Origin: the human T2T-CHM13v2.0 reference genome, Homo sapiens
Direction: 5' to 3' (one strand)
DNA: 64,000 bases
Assembly: GCF_009914755.1 (NCBI RefSeq)
Contig: NC_060933.1
The translations under genes were made by a program, and so were the position numbers. Of the stretch, positions 39,837-54,460 are shown piece after piece. The notes under the pieces are model-generated. The model ran no database searches and was not told the origin of the DNA. It worked only from the letters and a program-made list of their open reading frames with translations. The number at the start of each line of letters is the position of its first letter. The first letter of the stretch is position 1.

Positions 39837-40769
39837 AAGGTTTGACGTCTTTCTGAAATATATTTCTGTGAAGACCTGTACCCTCAGTGATATGGCAGGC
39901 TCATTTTAGACCACTGAGCACTTTTGTCTCTGGACTACAATTTGCCCTTTGTGACCTGCTCTACTAAAAAATTCAAGTGTAATTCAAGTTAGTTTACCCT
40001 CTGCTGATCAGGGGAGATTGCTCTCGGTGCAAGTTCAAAACAGGCACTCACACTTTCATTCATACCCCAAATCTCAGCATCACACAATACACCCATGTAA
40101 TAAACCTGCAAAGGTACCCTCCGAAATCTAAAATGAAAGTTGAAATTCATTAAAATTTTAATTTCATCTTATTACAAAACAAAGATAAATTTACTGCTTT
40201 CCAATTTTGATATATATATTATACTGACATACACACTGTATTCTATGGTGAATTATGTTGATTGAATTTCACATTTTAAACTAACACTGAGTTACTTTGA
40301 AAAACTCTATTGGGTGATAATGTATTATGTTTTTAATATATTTTAATACAATTTGAAAATATTCTGTTTTAAAATTATGTTCCATAAATAAATAAATATG
40401 TAAAAATAATAAATGTTTGTATTATTCAAGTGAAGATTATAGCAATATTTTTGAATATCTACTTAATCTCAACTAGTTTTAATTCAGAAGTAGCAACTCC
40501 ATAGAAATTCAGCTTATTACTACCTTATTACTCATACTTGTCTCCTTGAAGAAGCTTCATTGCTATCATCCAGTTTAGACTGGGATGTCATAAATCTCTA
40601 GACTGAGTAGTATAATATCCACTGTACAAATAAAATCAAATTATTATTATAATGTTATGACACCTCCAAATACAAAAAGCAAGCCCATGGATGTCAGGTT
40701 AAGGTATAGAGACAAATATTCCTACTTACTATCTTTTAGGGCAGACATATCCCAGCCAATCTGATTGCA

Positions 40770-42965
<2,196 letters not shown>

Positions 42966-43196
42966 CCTATTTCTCTTTCCTTCCTCCCCGCATTCCCTCC
43001 TGTCCCAGATGTGTGTTGTTCCTGGTGCTCTCCTGCCCCCCATTCAGCCAGCACTGAGCCAGCAGGAAGGATCTCACAGGTCATATCCTGAGATCAACCC
43101 TCCACCACTTCAGGTAATAATCCTCCTGCTTTTAGTCATTTATATCCTTTGGTTCATACATATTTTGAGTCAAGTACCTTCTAACTACTGATCTAC

Positions 43197-43584
43197 ATAA
43201 TATTCCTTGGTTTTTAAAGATAATACAAAGTGGATTTTAGTAACAATCTTGAGTCACCACAGAAGCTAATGAAGTTGGGGATTCCACAAAGCCATCCAAG
43301 CATATAAAGCCCATTTCCTTGGGTCCCTTTTCCTTAGCTCAAGGCCACAAAAAATCAGAACGTAAATTCCAGCCCACATTTGCATTATGTCTAAATAATT
43401 ATGAGTTATAAATGAAGCTAACAAATAGTTAAATATGTTCTATTCTCCTATTTCGATAAATATACTGCCATAATAACCCACAAGGTCAAAGTTGAGTGTA
43501 GAATTCTCTGATTTCTTGGTGCTCTGCACAGGAATGTGGTAGTAAAGGGAGAGCCGATCATCAGCCCCAGGCTAAACTTTTTTC
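43197..43584 (+). repeat. Donor copy of a ~390-bp local duplication (copy at 45523-45933)
   Basis: Near-identical direct repeat running 'ccttggtttttaaagataatacaaagtgg...ctaaactttttt'. Confidence 0.95.
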
Positions 43585-43949
43585 TTTCATCGTAGGTAGC
43601 CCTGTCCTCACTTGAGAAGCTTTGCATACCCTTGTGTGGGGAACTCCCTAGGCCCCATGCAAGCTGCATCCACAATTCTCACCCCTTCAGAAAGCAGATC
43701 CTTGGGCACCATTTGGACAAGCACAGTTTGCACTTTGAAATGGACCCAGGGAAGAGGCCATGCAGGCTCAGGCACATTTCGCCAGGTCCCTGAGTGCCCA
43801 GCGTGTGCCCTAGAAGAGATGGTGAAGCTCTGAGTGGGCCAGGGTACAGTCAGTGGAGGGCCAGAGAGGCACCTTCTCAAGTGCAGGATTCAGGGCAGGG
43901 GTCCTCTTGCCCAGATCGATGGCTATGATTGCTTAGTGCAATGGCGCCT

Positions 43950-44399
43950 GCGTCATGTTTTCTCAGCTCACCTTTCATTCAGTCTCAGCCACCGTGAGAA
44001 GTTCCATGGAAGCACAGGCTTCTCTTGTGCTGCCAGCAAACTCAAGGTACACTTTCTGCCCTAGGGAATCTCCATTATTGTAGGATTTTGCCTGAGCACA
44101 AATACAGCCCAGAAACACTTGCAGGTTAACAGCCTCAGGGGAAGACCTCAACCAGTGTGGGACAGGTGGACAAATGCTCCAGGCTCATGTTTCAGGTGGA
44201 CATTTCCGGATAACTTTCCGGAGCCTCTCGGAAGGTCCTGCAGAAAAAACTGCATGGCAGGAGCCTCAATAGCATGCCATTATTTTGGCTTTTCTTTCTT
44301 GCCTGGCTCACTCTTCCCACTTCTGACTCTTGCTTCTTGGAATCACTTTCCAAATAAACCACCCACACCGAAGTCCTTATTCCAGCTCTGCTTCTAGGG
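43950..44399 (+). mobile_element. LTR16-family ERVL LTR (left boundary uncertain)
   Basis: Contains 'tgcttcttggaatcactttccaaataaaccacc...ctctgcttctaggg'. Confidence 0.7.
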
Positions 44400-44402
44400 A
44401 TA

Positions 44403-46958
44403 CAGGCACACCTTGGAGATATTGCAGGTTTGGTTCTAGGTAACACAATAAGGTGAATGTCACAACAGTGCAAGTCACACGAAATTTTTTGCTTTCTGGT
44501 GCATATAAATGTTATGTTGCCAGGCATGGTGGCTTACGCCTGTAATCCCAGCACACTGGGAGGCCGAGGTGGGTGCATCACCTGAGGTCAGAAGTTCAAG
44601 ACCAGCCTGGCCAACATGGCGAAACCCTGTGTCTACCGGAAATACAAAAATGGTGGTGCGCACCTGTAGTCCCAGCTACTCAGGAGGCTGAGGCAGGAGA
44701 ATTGTTTGAACCTAGGAGGCAGAGTTTGCAATGAGCCAAGATTGCACCACGGCACTCCAACCTGGGCAACAGAGCCAGACTCCATCTCAAAAAAAAAAGT
44801 TATGTTTAAGTTACTGTAGTCAATTAAGTGTGCAATAGCATTATGTCTAAAATATAATGTATACACCTTACTTTGAAAATACGTGATTGCCAAAAAATGC
44901 TAACCATCATCTGGGCCTTCAGTAAGTCATCATCATTTTGCTGCTGGATGGTCTTGTCTCAATGTTGATAGCTAGTGACTGATCGAGGTGGTGGTTGCTG
45001 AGGGCTGGAGAGGGAGTGGCAATTTCTTAAAATAAGATGACAATGAAGTTTACCACATTGACTGACTCTTCCTTTCACAAAAGATTTCACTGTAGCATGC
45101 TACGCAGTTTGGTAGCATTTTACCTACAGTAGAATTTATATCAAAATTGGAACCAATTCTCTCAAACCCTGCCACTCTTTTATCAACTAAGTTTATGGGA
45201 TATTCTAAGTCCTTTGTTGTTCTTTCCACAATGTTCACAGCATTTTCACCAGGAGTAGATTCCGTCGCAAGAAACCACTTTCTTTCCTCATTCATAACAA
45301 GCAACAATAATATATTATTTTATATATATTATATATGTATTATTATATAATATAAATTATATATTATATAACATTATATAATAATATATAATATATATTG
45401 TATATTATATTAATTATATTATATAATATTATATATTGTATATTATTATATTAATTATATTATATTATATATTTTATCATAATATAATATGTATTATAAT
45501 ATTATATATTATATAAGCAGAAATGATATCCCTTGGTTTTTAAAGATAATACAAAGTGGATTTTAGTAACAATCTTGAGTTGTCACAGAAGCTAAGGAAG
45601 TTGGGGATTCCATGAAGCCATGCAAGCATATAAAGCCCATTTCCCTGGGTCCCTTTTCCTTAGCTCAAGGCCACAAAAAATCAGAACATGAATTCCAGCC
45701 CACATTTGCATTATGTCTAAATAATTATGAGTTATAAATGAAGCTAACAAATAGTTAAATATGTTCTATTCTCCTACTTTGATAAATATTCACAGTATAT
45801 TATGATAAATATATTGCCATAATAACCCACAAGGTCAAAGTCGAGTGTAGAATTCTCTGATTCCTTGGTGCGCTGCACGCGAATGTCGTAGTAAAGGGAG
45901 AGCTGATCCTGAGCCCCAGACTAAACTTTTTTCCATCTAATTCCATTTATTTCCATTAAGATTGCAGCAATTTGGCCGGGTGCGGTGGTTCATGCCTGTA
46001 ATCCCAGCACTTTGGGAGGCTGAGGCAGATGGATTATCTGCAGTTGGGAGTTTGAGACCACCCTAACCAACATGGTGAAACTCCTTGTCTACTAAAAATA
46101 CAAAATTAGCCGGATGCAGTGGCACATGCCTATAATGCCAGCTACTCAGGAGGCTGAGGCAGGAGAATCAATTGGACCCAGGAGGCGGAGGTTGTGGTGA
46201 GCCGAGATGGAGTGCCATTGCACTCCAGCCTGGGCAACAAAGCAAAACTCCATCTCAAAAAAAAAAAAAAAAAAGATTGCAGCAATTCACTCACATCTTC
46301 AGGCTCCACTTGTAATTCTAGTTTTCTTGCTATCTTCACCACAACTGTGGTTACTTCCTCTGCTAAGGTCTTGAACCCCTCAAAGTCATTTATGAGGGTC
46401 AGAATCAACTTCTTCCAGACTCCTATTAATGCTGCTATTTTTACCTCCTCTGGTGAATCATGAATGTTCTTAGTGGCATCTATCATAATGAATCCTTTCC
46501 AGAAGGTTTCGAATTGACTTTGCCCAGATCCATCAAAGGAATCATGACCTGTGGCAGTAACAGCCTTATGAAATATATTTCTCAAATAATAAGACTTGAA
46601 AGTCAAAATGATGCCTCAATCCATGGACTACAGAATAGATGTTGTGTTGGCAGGCATGAAACCAGCATGCATTTCCCTGTACATCTCCATTAGAGCTTTT
46701 TAGTCACCAGGTACACTGTCAAAAAGCTGAAGTATTTGAAATCAATCTTTTTTTCTGAACTGTAGGTCTCAACAGTGGGATTAAAATACTCAGTAACCCA
46801 TGCGGTAAACAGCTCTGATATCATCCAAGTGTTGTTGTTCCATTTATAGAGCTTGGGTAGTGTAGATTTAGCATAATTCTTAAGAGGTGCCCTAGGATTT
46901 ATGGAATAGCAAATGAGCATTGGCTTGTAACAAGAAAGTCAGCCTGTCCTTTAAATCT
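44403..46958 (-). mobile_element. Tigger1 DNA transposon (3' part), interrupted by two Alus and a templated insertion
   Basis: TIR 'caggcacaccttggagatattgcagg' after a TA. Transposase ORF remnants at 46690-46920, 46142-46606 (FKSYYLRNIFHKA...DFEGFK) and 45050-45307. Alus at 44519-44800 and 45974-46272 (TSD aagattgcagcaatt). Confidence 0.92.
45306..45957 (+). repeat. Insertion in Tigger1: ~210-bp TA-rich filler, a copy of 43197-43584, then three ttccat-starting 10-mers
   Basis: Read directly from the sequence. Tigger1 stops at 'aagcaac' (45305) and resumes at 'agattgcagcaatt'. Confidence 0.9.
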
Positions 46959-47149
46959 TTTTCTTTTTCTTGATATAAGGTCTCACTCCATTACCCAGGC
47001 TGGATTGCAGTGGCATGATCTTGGCCCACTCCATACTTGACCTCCTTGGCCCCACAATCCTCCCACCTCAGCCTCCTGAGTAGCTGGGACTAGTAGCATG
47101 CACCACCATACATGGCTTATTTTTATTTATTTATTTATTTATTGTTAGA

Positions 47150-47400
47150 GACAGGGTTTCACCATGTTGCCCAGGCTGGTCTGAAGCTCCTAAGCTCAAG
47201 CCATTCCCCCACTTCAGCCTCACAGAGTGCTGGGATTACAGGCGTGATCCACCCTGTCTGGCCTCTAAATTCGTGTTATGGAGACTCATTTTCATGGTTA
47301 AAATGTCCTGAATTGACTGTGGCCTGTTGGGAGGCGGGATGGAGGAAACTACTTATGGAAAATGAAGAAGAAAGGGAAGCACACCAGAAGCAAGAAAGTG
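47150..47400 (+). pseudogene. FAM182-like exon: exonised antisense AluJ left arm plus unique flank (likely non-coding)
   Basis: The translation ...[57 protein letters not shown] matches my recollection of the predicted FAM182A protein. Exon limits are approximate. Confidence 0.6.
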
Positions 47401-47891
47401 TCATCAATTTTTACATCAAGGACTCCATGATAAAGAGAAAGTACAGGTGGCCTGTTATCAAGGCTGACCATTGGACTGTGGACTGCACCTGCATCTACCA
47501 GGTTCTTCTGGATAGTCCCAGTTTTAAATTTTTGACCTGACATTCATGAACACAGTGCTACTGGTCAGACCTTTGTCCAGGTTTAAGCTTCAGAACATAA
47601 TGTCTTCATGCAGTGGGAGGCCTGATTATGGTTATGATTCTGCCCTGGGGCATCTGCCCCTTCTTACCTGGAGGTAAACTTGGCATCTACTACTTACCTC
47701 TACACTTGAACAGCCAAGGATGGGCTGAGCACAGAGGCTCACATCTGTAACTCCAGCACTTTGGGAGGCCAAGGCAGGAGGATCGCTTAAGGCCAGGAGT
47801 TCAAGACCAGCCTGGGCAATATAGTGAGACCTCGTCTCTGTAAAAACAAACAAACAAAACCGAGGATGGGTGGGTGACAGGGAGCAGTTCA

Positions 47892-48387
<496 letters not shown>

Positions 48388-48646
48388 CTACAAGCAAGGA
48401 GTTACTTTGTACTGTGAACTGGTGTGAAGGGATCTGCCATGTGTAAGCTTTTGGATTGATGACAGTTATTTCTAATTTTAAAAATAGCAACCCAACAGAA
48501 AATTGGGAAAATGCATTAATAGGGATTTCACAAAAGAGAAAGCCTGCAAAACATAAAAATTTTCTCAACCTCATTAGTAATCAGGGAAATGCACAAGATA
48601 CTACACATCTATTCTCTCCACAAATAAGAAGTTTGACAATACAAAA

Positions 48647-50954
48647 TGTATTAGTCCATATTCACACTGCTGATAAAGACATAACCGAGACAGGGAAGAA
48701 AAAGAGGCTTAATTGCATTAAGGGTTCCACATGGCTGAGGAGGCCTCAGAGTTATGGTGGTGGATGAACAGCACTTCTTACATGGCAGTGGCAAGAGAAT
48801 ACGAGAAGGAGGCAAAAGAAGCAAAAGACAAAACCACTGATAAACCCATCAGATCTTGTGAGATTTATTCACTATCACGAGAATAGCATGGGAAAGACCG
48901 GCTCTAAAGATTCAACTACCTCCCCCTGGTTCCCTCCCCGAACACATGGGAATCCTGAGCAATACAATTGAAGTTGAGATGTGGGTAGGGACATAGTCAA
49001 ACCATATTATTCTGCTCCTGGCCCCTCCAAATCTCATGTCCTCACACTTCAAAACCGATCATGCCTTCCCAACAGTCCCCCAAAGTCTTAACTCATTTCA
49101 GTATTAACCCAAATGTCCACTGTCCAAAGTCTCATCTGAGACAAGGCAAGTCTCTTCTGCCTATGACCCTGTAAAATCCAAATCAAGCTAGTTACTTCCT
49201 AGATACAATGGGGGTACAGGTCATTGAGTAAATACAGCCGTTCCAAATGGGAGAAATTTGCCAAAACAAAGGGGTTACAGGCCCCATGCAAGTCCAAAAT
49301 CCAGCAAGGTAGTCAAATTTTAAAGTTCCGAAATGATCTCCTTTGACTCCATGTTTCACATCAAGGTCATGCTGATCCAAGAGGTGGGCTCCCACAGCCT
49401 TGGGCAGTTCTGCCTCTGTGGCTTTGCAGGGTATAGCCCACCTCGTGGCTGTTTTCATGGGCTGACGTTGAGTGTCCACAGCTTTTCCAGGCTCATGGTG
49501 CAAGCTGTCAGTGAATCTACAATTCTAGGGTCTGGAGGAGAGTGGCCCTCTCCTCACAGCTCCACTAGGAAGTGCCCCAGTAAGGACTCTGTATAGGGGC
49601 TCTGACCCCACATTTCTCTTCTGCACAGCCCTAGCAGAGGTTCTCCATCAGAGCACCACCCCTGCAGCAAACTTCTGCTTGGACATCCAGGTGTTTTCAA
49701 ACATCCTCTGAAATCTAGGTGGAGGTTTCCAAACTTCAGTTCTTGACTTCTATGCATGTGCAGGCTGAACACAACATGGAAGCTGCCAAGGCTTGGTGCT
49801 TGCACTCTCAAGGCCGTGGCCTGAGTTCTATGTTTTCCTCTTTCAGCCATGGTTGGAGGGGCTGAAACGCAGAGAAACAAGGCCCTAGGCTACACACAGC
49901 ACAGTCAACCTGGCCCAGCACAGAAATCCATTTTATCCTCCTAGGTCCCAGGCTTGTGATGGGAGGGGCTGCTGTGATGACCTATGACATGTCCTGTAGA
50001 CATTTTCCCCATTGTTTTTGGGATTAACATTCAGCTTCTTGTTACTTATGCAAATTTCTGCAGACAGCTTGAATTTATCCTCAGAAAATGGGATTTTCTT
50101 CTCTATCACATTGTCAGGCTGCAAATTTTCCAAAACTGTATGCTCTGCTTCCTTTATAAAACCAAAGGCCTTTAACATCACCCAAGTCACCTCTTGAATG
50201 CTTTACTGCTTAGAAATTTCTTCCAGCAGATACCCTAAATTATCACTCTCAAGTTCAAAGTTCTACAAATCTCTAGGACAGGGGCAAAATGCTGCCACTC
50301 TTTGCTAAAACATAATGAGAGTTACCTTTGCTCCAGTTCACAACAAGTTCCTCATCTCCATCTGAGACCACCTCTGCCTGGACCTTATTGTTCAAAACAC
50401 TATCAGCATTTTTGTCAAAGTCATTCAGCAAGTCTCTAGGAGGTTCCAAATTTTCCCACATTTTCCAGTGTTCTTCTGAGCCCTCCAAACTGTTCCAACC
50501 TCTGCCTGTTACCAAGTTTCAAAGTTGCTTGCCCATTTTTGGGTATCTTTTCAGGAGCACCCCACTCCACTGGTATCAATTTACTGTATTAGTCTGTTTT
50601 CACACTGCTGATAAAGACATACCCAAGTCTGAGAAGAAAAAGAGGTGTAAAGAAAAAGAACTGTAATTGGATTTACAGTCCCACATGGTGGGGGAGGCCT
50701 CAGAGTCATGGCAGGAGGTAAAAGGCACTTCTTACATGGCAGCAGCAAGAGAAAATGAGGAGGAAGCCAAAGCAGAAACTCCTGATAAACCCATCAGATC
50801 TCATGAGACTTATTCACTATCATGAGAATAGCACAGGAAAGACTGGCCTCCGTGATTCAATTACCTCACCCTGGGTCCCTCCCATAACATGTGGGAATTC
50901 TGGGAGATAGAATTCAAGCTGCGATTTGGGTGTGGACACAGCCAAACCATATCA
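48647..50954 (-). mobile_element. Full-length THE1 (THE1C-like) MaLR element: LTR 48647-49009, internal 49010-50584, LTR 50585-50954
   Basis: Two homologous LTRs ('tgtattagtc...cacactgctgataaagacata...caaaccatat') flank a 1575-bp THE1 internal region. The host L1ME sequence resumes on the far side. Confidence 0.92.
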
Positions 50955-51560
50955 CCATATATGGAGAGACTGTGGATCAACAAGATCATCTCGAACTAAT
51001 ACAGGAGGTGAGCGTTTAAATTAGAACAACCACTTTGGAAAGCAATTTGGATTATCTTATAAATTTGAGCATTCTCATATGTTATGGCAAAGTAATTTCT
51101 CTACCATAGGCCCTGGAGAAACTCTTGCCCATATGTACAAGATGTAGTAAAAAAAAAAAAATGCTCACGTAATGCCATTCATAATAGGAAAAATCTGGAA
51201 ATAAGCCAAATGTTCATTAATAGGAGAATGGGTAAATTAATAGGAGAATGGGTAAATAAATTATACCCTTAAAAACTAAGTAACATGTCATTTAGGGTAA
51301 TCATATGTATGCAATAAAACAATGTGTTTTTTTTAAAGGAAGAGAATCCTAAACATAAATTCAGGGTAGTAGTTACCCTCGGGCTGAAGGGTGAAAATCA
51401 GGAAAAAGGACAGAGGAGGAGCAGATGTTAGGGTCAGAACCCTAGTTCTTTGGTTGTGTTGTAAGTTGACAAGTGATTACCATATTGTTCAAATACATTT
51501 ACACAGAGGCCCAGGCACAGACAAGGGTGAAATAGGAGCCAAGGTGTACTATGAGCCAAG
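50955..51560 (+). mobile_element. L1ME-type 3' region (continues from ~48460-48646)
   Basis: Contains 'acaaccactttggaaagcaatttgg' and 'aattcagggtagtagttaccctc'. Confidence 0.7.
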
Positions 51561-51651
51561 GATTATGATTAATCCAATTTTGTGCACTTAAGCCATTTGA
51601 AAAACAGAAAAGCAAAACAACAAAATAATTTTTAAGAAATTGAATATAGGG

Positions 51652-52037
51652 TGCTATGCTCTGAATGTGTCCCCCTAAAATTAATCACCAATGTCATAGG
51701 ATTAGGAAGTAGGGCTTTTAGGTAGTGATTCAGTCATGAAGGGAGAGTCTTCACAAATGGGTGTAGGATCCTTACACAAGGACTGGAGGGAGTGGGCTTC
51801 CCCTGTTTTGCCCTTCCGCCTTCTGCCATGTGAGGACACAGTGCCTCTCCTCCTGAAGACACAGTGCACAAGGTACCATCTTGGATGCAGAGACCAGGCC
51901 CTCACCAGACACCAATCCTGCTGGCACCTTGATCTTGGACTTCTAGCTTATGGAACTGTGAGAAATACATTTCTGTTCTTCAGAAATTACCCAGCCTAGT
52001 GTATTTTCTTATATAGAAGCACAAACTCATTAAGGCA
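51652..52037 (+). mobile_element. MaLR solo LTR (MST/MLT1A-like)
   Basis: Runs 'tgctatgctctgaatgtgtcccc...ctggcaccttgatcttggacttc...aactgtgagaaatacatttctg'. Confidence 0.85.
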
Positions 52038-52189
52038 CAATGCCTCTTGTCATTTTCTTCTACAATTTTCTTTGTGGCCTCTTTAGCACTGGGTCATTTT
52101 ATATTTGCTCCTTCATAATATCTCTTACTTTCGGTTTTTCACATTTCTGTTCCAAGTGTATTCTTAGATACATATTTTCCACTATTAGT

Positions 52190-54100
52190 TAACCTCAGGG
52201 GTTGCCTGGGATGTGTGTTTCTGTGCCACCACTGTAGGACTGTGTGTGTGTGTGTGTCTCCCATTCTCTCTTCTCTCTCTGTCTCTCACCCTCTGTGTGT
52301 TTCTTTCCCTCTCTCTGTTGGTCTGTGTGTGTGTGTGTGTGTGTGTGTGTTTGTGTGTGTATGCCTGTGTGTGTGTGTGTCTTTGGACGAATGTGCTCTG
52401 TTTGCCAAAATGCGATTTTTTGCATGTCGGCCAGTCTTTGTTGAGCCTCTTTCTGTGTCTCTGTCTGGGTCCCGTGGCCGGTTGTCCATCGTTTTCACGG
52501 CGGTTCCACTTTGGGTTTGTGAAGTCCTCGATCACGTGAGGAGATGCGTCGGTCCCGGAGCAATCGAAGTCTCATCCCCATCCTGAGCGGCCTCTTTTCT
52601 AGGATCAAGAGGACCACACTCCAACCCAGGACAAAACCCCACAGCAGCTCATTGTCCGGCAGGAGAGGAGCAGACACACCTCCAAGAAGATGGTTGTACC
52701 CCTGCACGGCTCTTCTCTGAGCAATGAAGCCACACCACGATACAATTCTGAAGAGGAAGCCGGGAATGGAAGACGGCAACAATCCCTGTCCCTGGAATGC
52801 TGGCCTCTCTGGACAAGTCATGCGTTTCGCACCCCTCCCCTTATGCCTGTGGCGGTGGCAAGGTTCTGTGACCTGCCTGGGCTCTGGCCTGTGCTCTGTC
52901 CTCCCTCTTGCTCTGTCTCCCCTGTTTCTGAGGGGCCTAGTTGCCTCTTGGTCTGGCTGAATAACTTCTACGAAGATCGCTTCCCAGTCCATCAGGGAGA
53001 CACTTTCTGGAGATCCGCGACATGACTCTTTCTCTCTCCAAACCTGTTTCTGCTGGATTGGGCAGGTCTGATAAGCCTGGAACACTTGGCTTCCATGCGT
53101 GTCTCAGACAGGGAAGCTTCTTTGGTCTCCTTGTTTCACCTCATCGGTGGGTGGATTGCCTAGAATGAGCGCTAGGTGATCATGACTGGCCTTGTCTTCT
53201 AAGACAGGTGGTGTCCCATTTCCTTTGCACGTCCTGTCTCACAAATGAGGGATATCCTCTCCTCTGCTCATAGGTGGACTGATTCCCTGAATCTTTTGTC
53301 TGTAACGAATGTCAGGAAACCAAAGGAACTGGGCTGGGCCTGGGGATGGGGTTGGGGCCGGGTGCAGGGAAGTTGCGTCAGGGCTACCTGGGCGGTGGAG
53401 GCTTCGGGGTGGGGTGAATGTTGCAGAAACCTCTGTGCTCCTCTGGCAGGCATTTCAAAATGTGGCTTGGACTGAGGCAAAGGCCCCGTCCAGGTTCCCA
53501 GGTCTTCTTTGAGTTCCCTTGGCACTCAGGGAAAGGCCACTTGTTCCCCCTTTCCACCGGGCACATGCCTGGACACCATTGTTGGTTTTGCCATCACCCC
53601 ATATGCCTCCGGTGACACACATTCGCACCATCTGCTGTGGGATACGCCAGTGCCACGCGTGATCGCATTGTCTCCACCTCGGCTTCGCACCATCCCTGTT
53701 TGCACCTGTCCTGGAAAGCGGTGTCCGCTTGCAGGAGCCCCAGGGCTTTTAGAAGTGGGGCACGCCACTGCTCTTTCAACGGAGGAGGGAGGCAGAGGGC
53801 TCACAGATCAGTGAACTTTCAGCTGACACCACGCCTTGAGGGCCATGGGATCATTCCGTGCTGCAGCGACGACCTGCCTGCCTCACCAGATGTGCTGAGC
53901 CCATCCTTTCTAACCCGGAGGGGTCAAAACTAGGATCTGAAGAGGAGTCCTGAGAACCCAGCAGGCACCCTGAAGATCCCCCTCCATCGGCGGAAGTCGG
54001 CTCAAGGAGGTCTTGAAGATTGGACTCCTGGGGGTTTGGCCCTGGGACAGGATACTCAAGGACTCCTCTCCCACCCCGCCCCAAACTGGACCTCAGCCCC
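52190..54100. repeat. SST1 / NBL2 (MER22) macrosatellite, single ~1.9-kb partial unit, with a (TG)n/(TC)n tract at 52240-52385
   Basis: CpG-rich. 'gaagtctcatccccatcctgagcggcctcttttctaggatcaagaggaccacactcc' and the MVVPLHGSSL.NEATPRY ORF are characteristic of SST1 as I recall it. Ends are approximate. Confidence 0.75.
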
Positions 54101-54460
54101 CATGCCACAGCCCCCACTTTCTCCCCAGAGCTGAGGGACAGACAGAGAATTGCGACTAGAAATTCGATCGATTGGTACGAGGGACCACGTGGCCAGGGGC
54201 TGGCCAATGACCAGGCCGCCCGGGATGAGCTAATAATGGAAGCAATTTGTAACTTTCAGTAGCTCTCTAGGCCTGGGTACCGGAGGGAGGGAGGCGGGCA
54301 GAGGAGGGGAGATGGGCACCCCCAGTCTTTCCATCCTCCTCATTCGTCTAGGGGCACCCGAATCCCCTATTCCTTATTTCCCCTATCACTCAGGCACTGG
54401 CAGGGTCCTTTGCCCACTCCTGTTGGCCGCTGCGGCTCCAAAGCGAGGTAAGCTGGTCCT
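54100..54460. promoter_or_regulatory. CpG-containing promoter-like fragment
   Basis: ATTGG at 54171, E-box CACGTG at 54186, CCAAT at 54204 and a GC-box-like GGAGGCGGG at ~54291. Confidence 0.4.

Noticed and set aside
45050-46920. TIGD1-like transposase ORFs as a domesticated gene
   Set aside because: They are fragmented by frameshifts, an Alu and an insertion, and the N-terminal part is missing; this is an ordinary Tigger1 fossil.
52495-53933. Overlapping ORFs (up to 196 aa) in the GC-rich block
   Set aside because: Expected by chance in GC-rich SST1 sequence, and there is no known domain.
54171-54208. ER-stress element (ATTGG-N9-CCACG)
   Set aside because: The CCAAT orientation and spacing match neither ERSE (CCAAT-N9-CCACG) nor ERSE-II (ATTGG-N1-CCACG).
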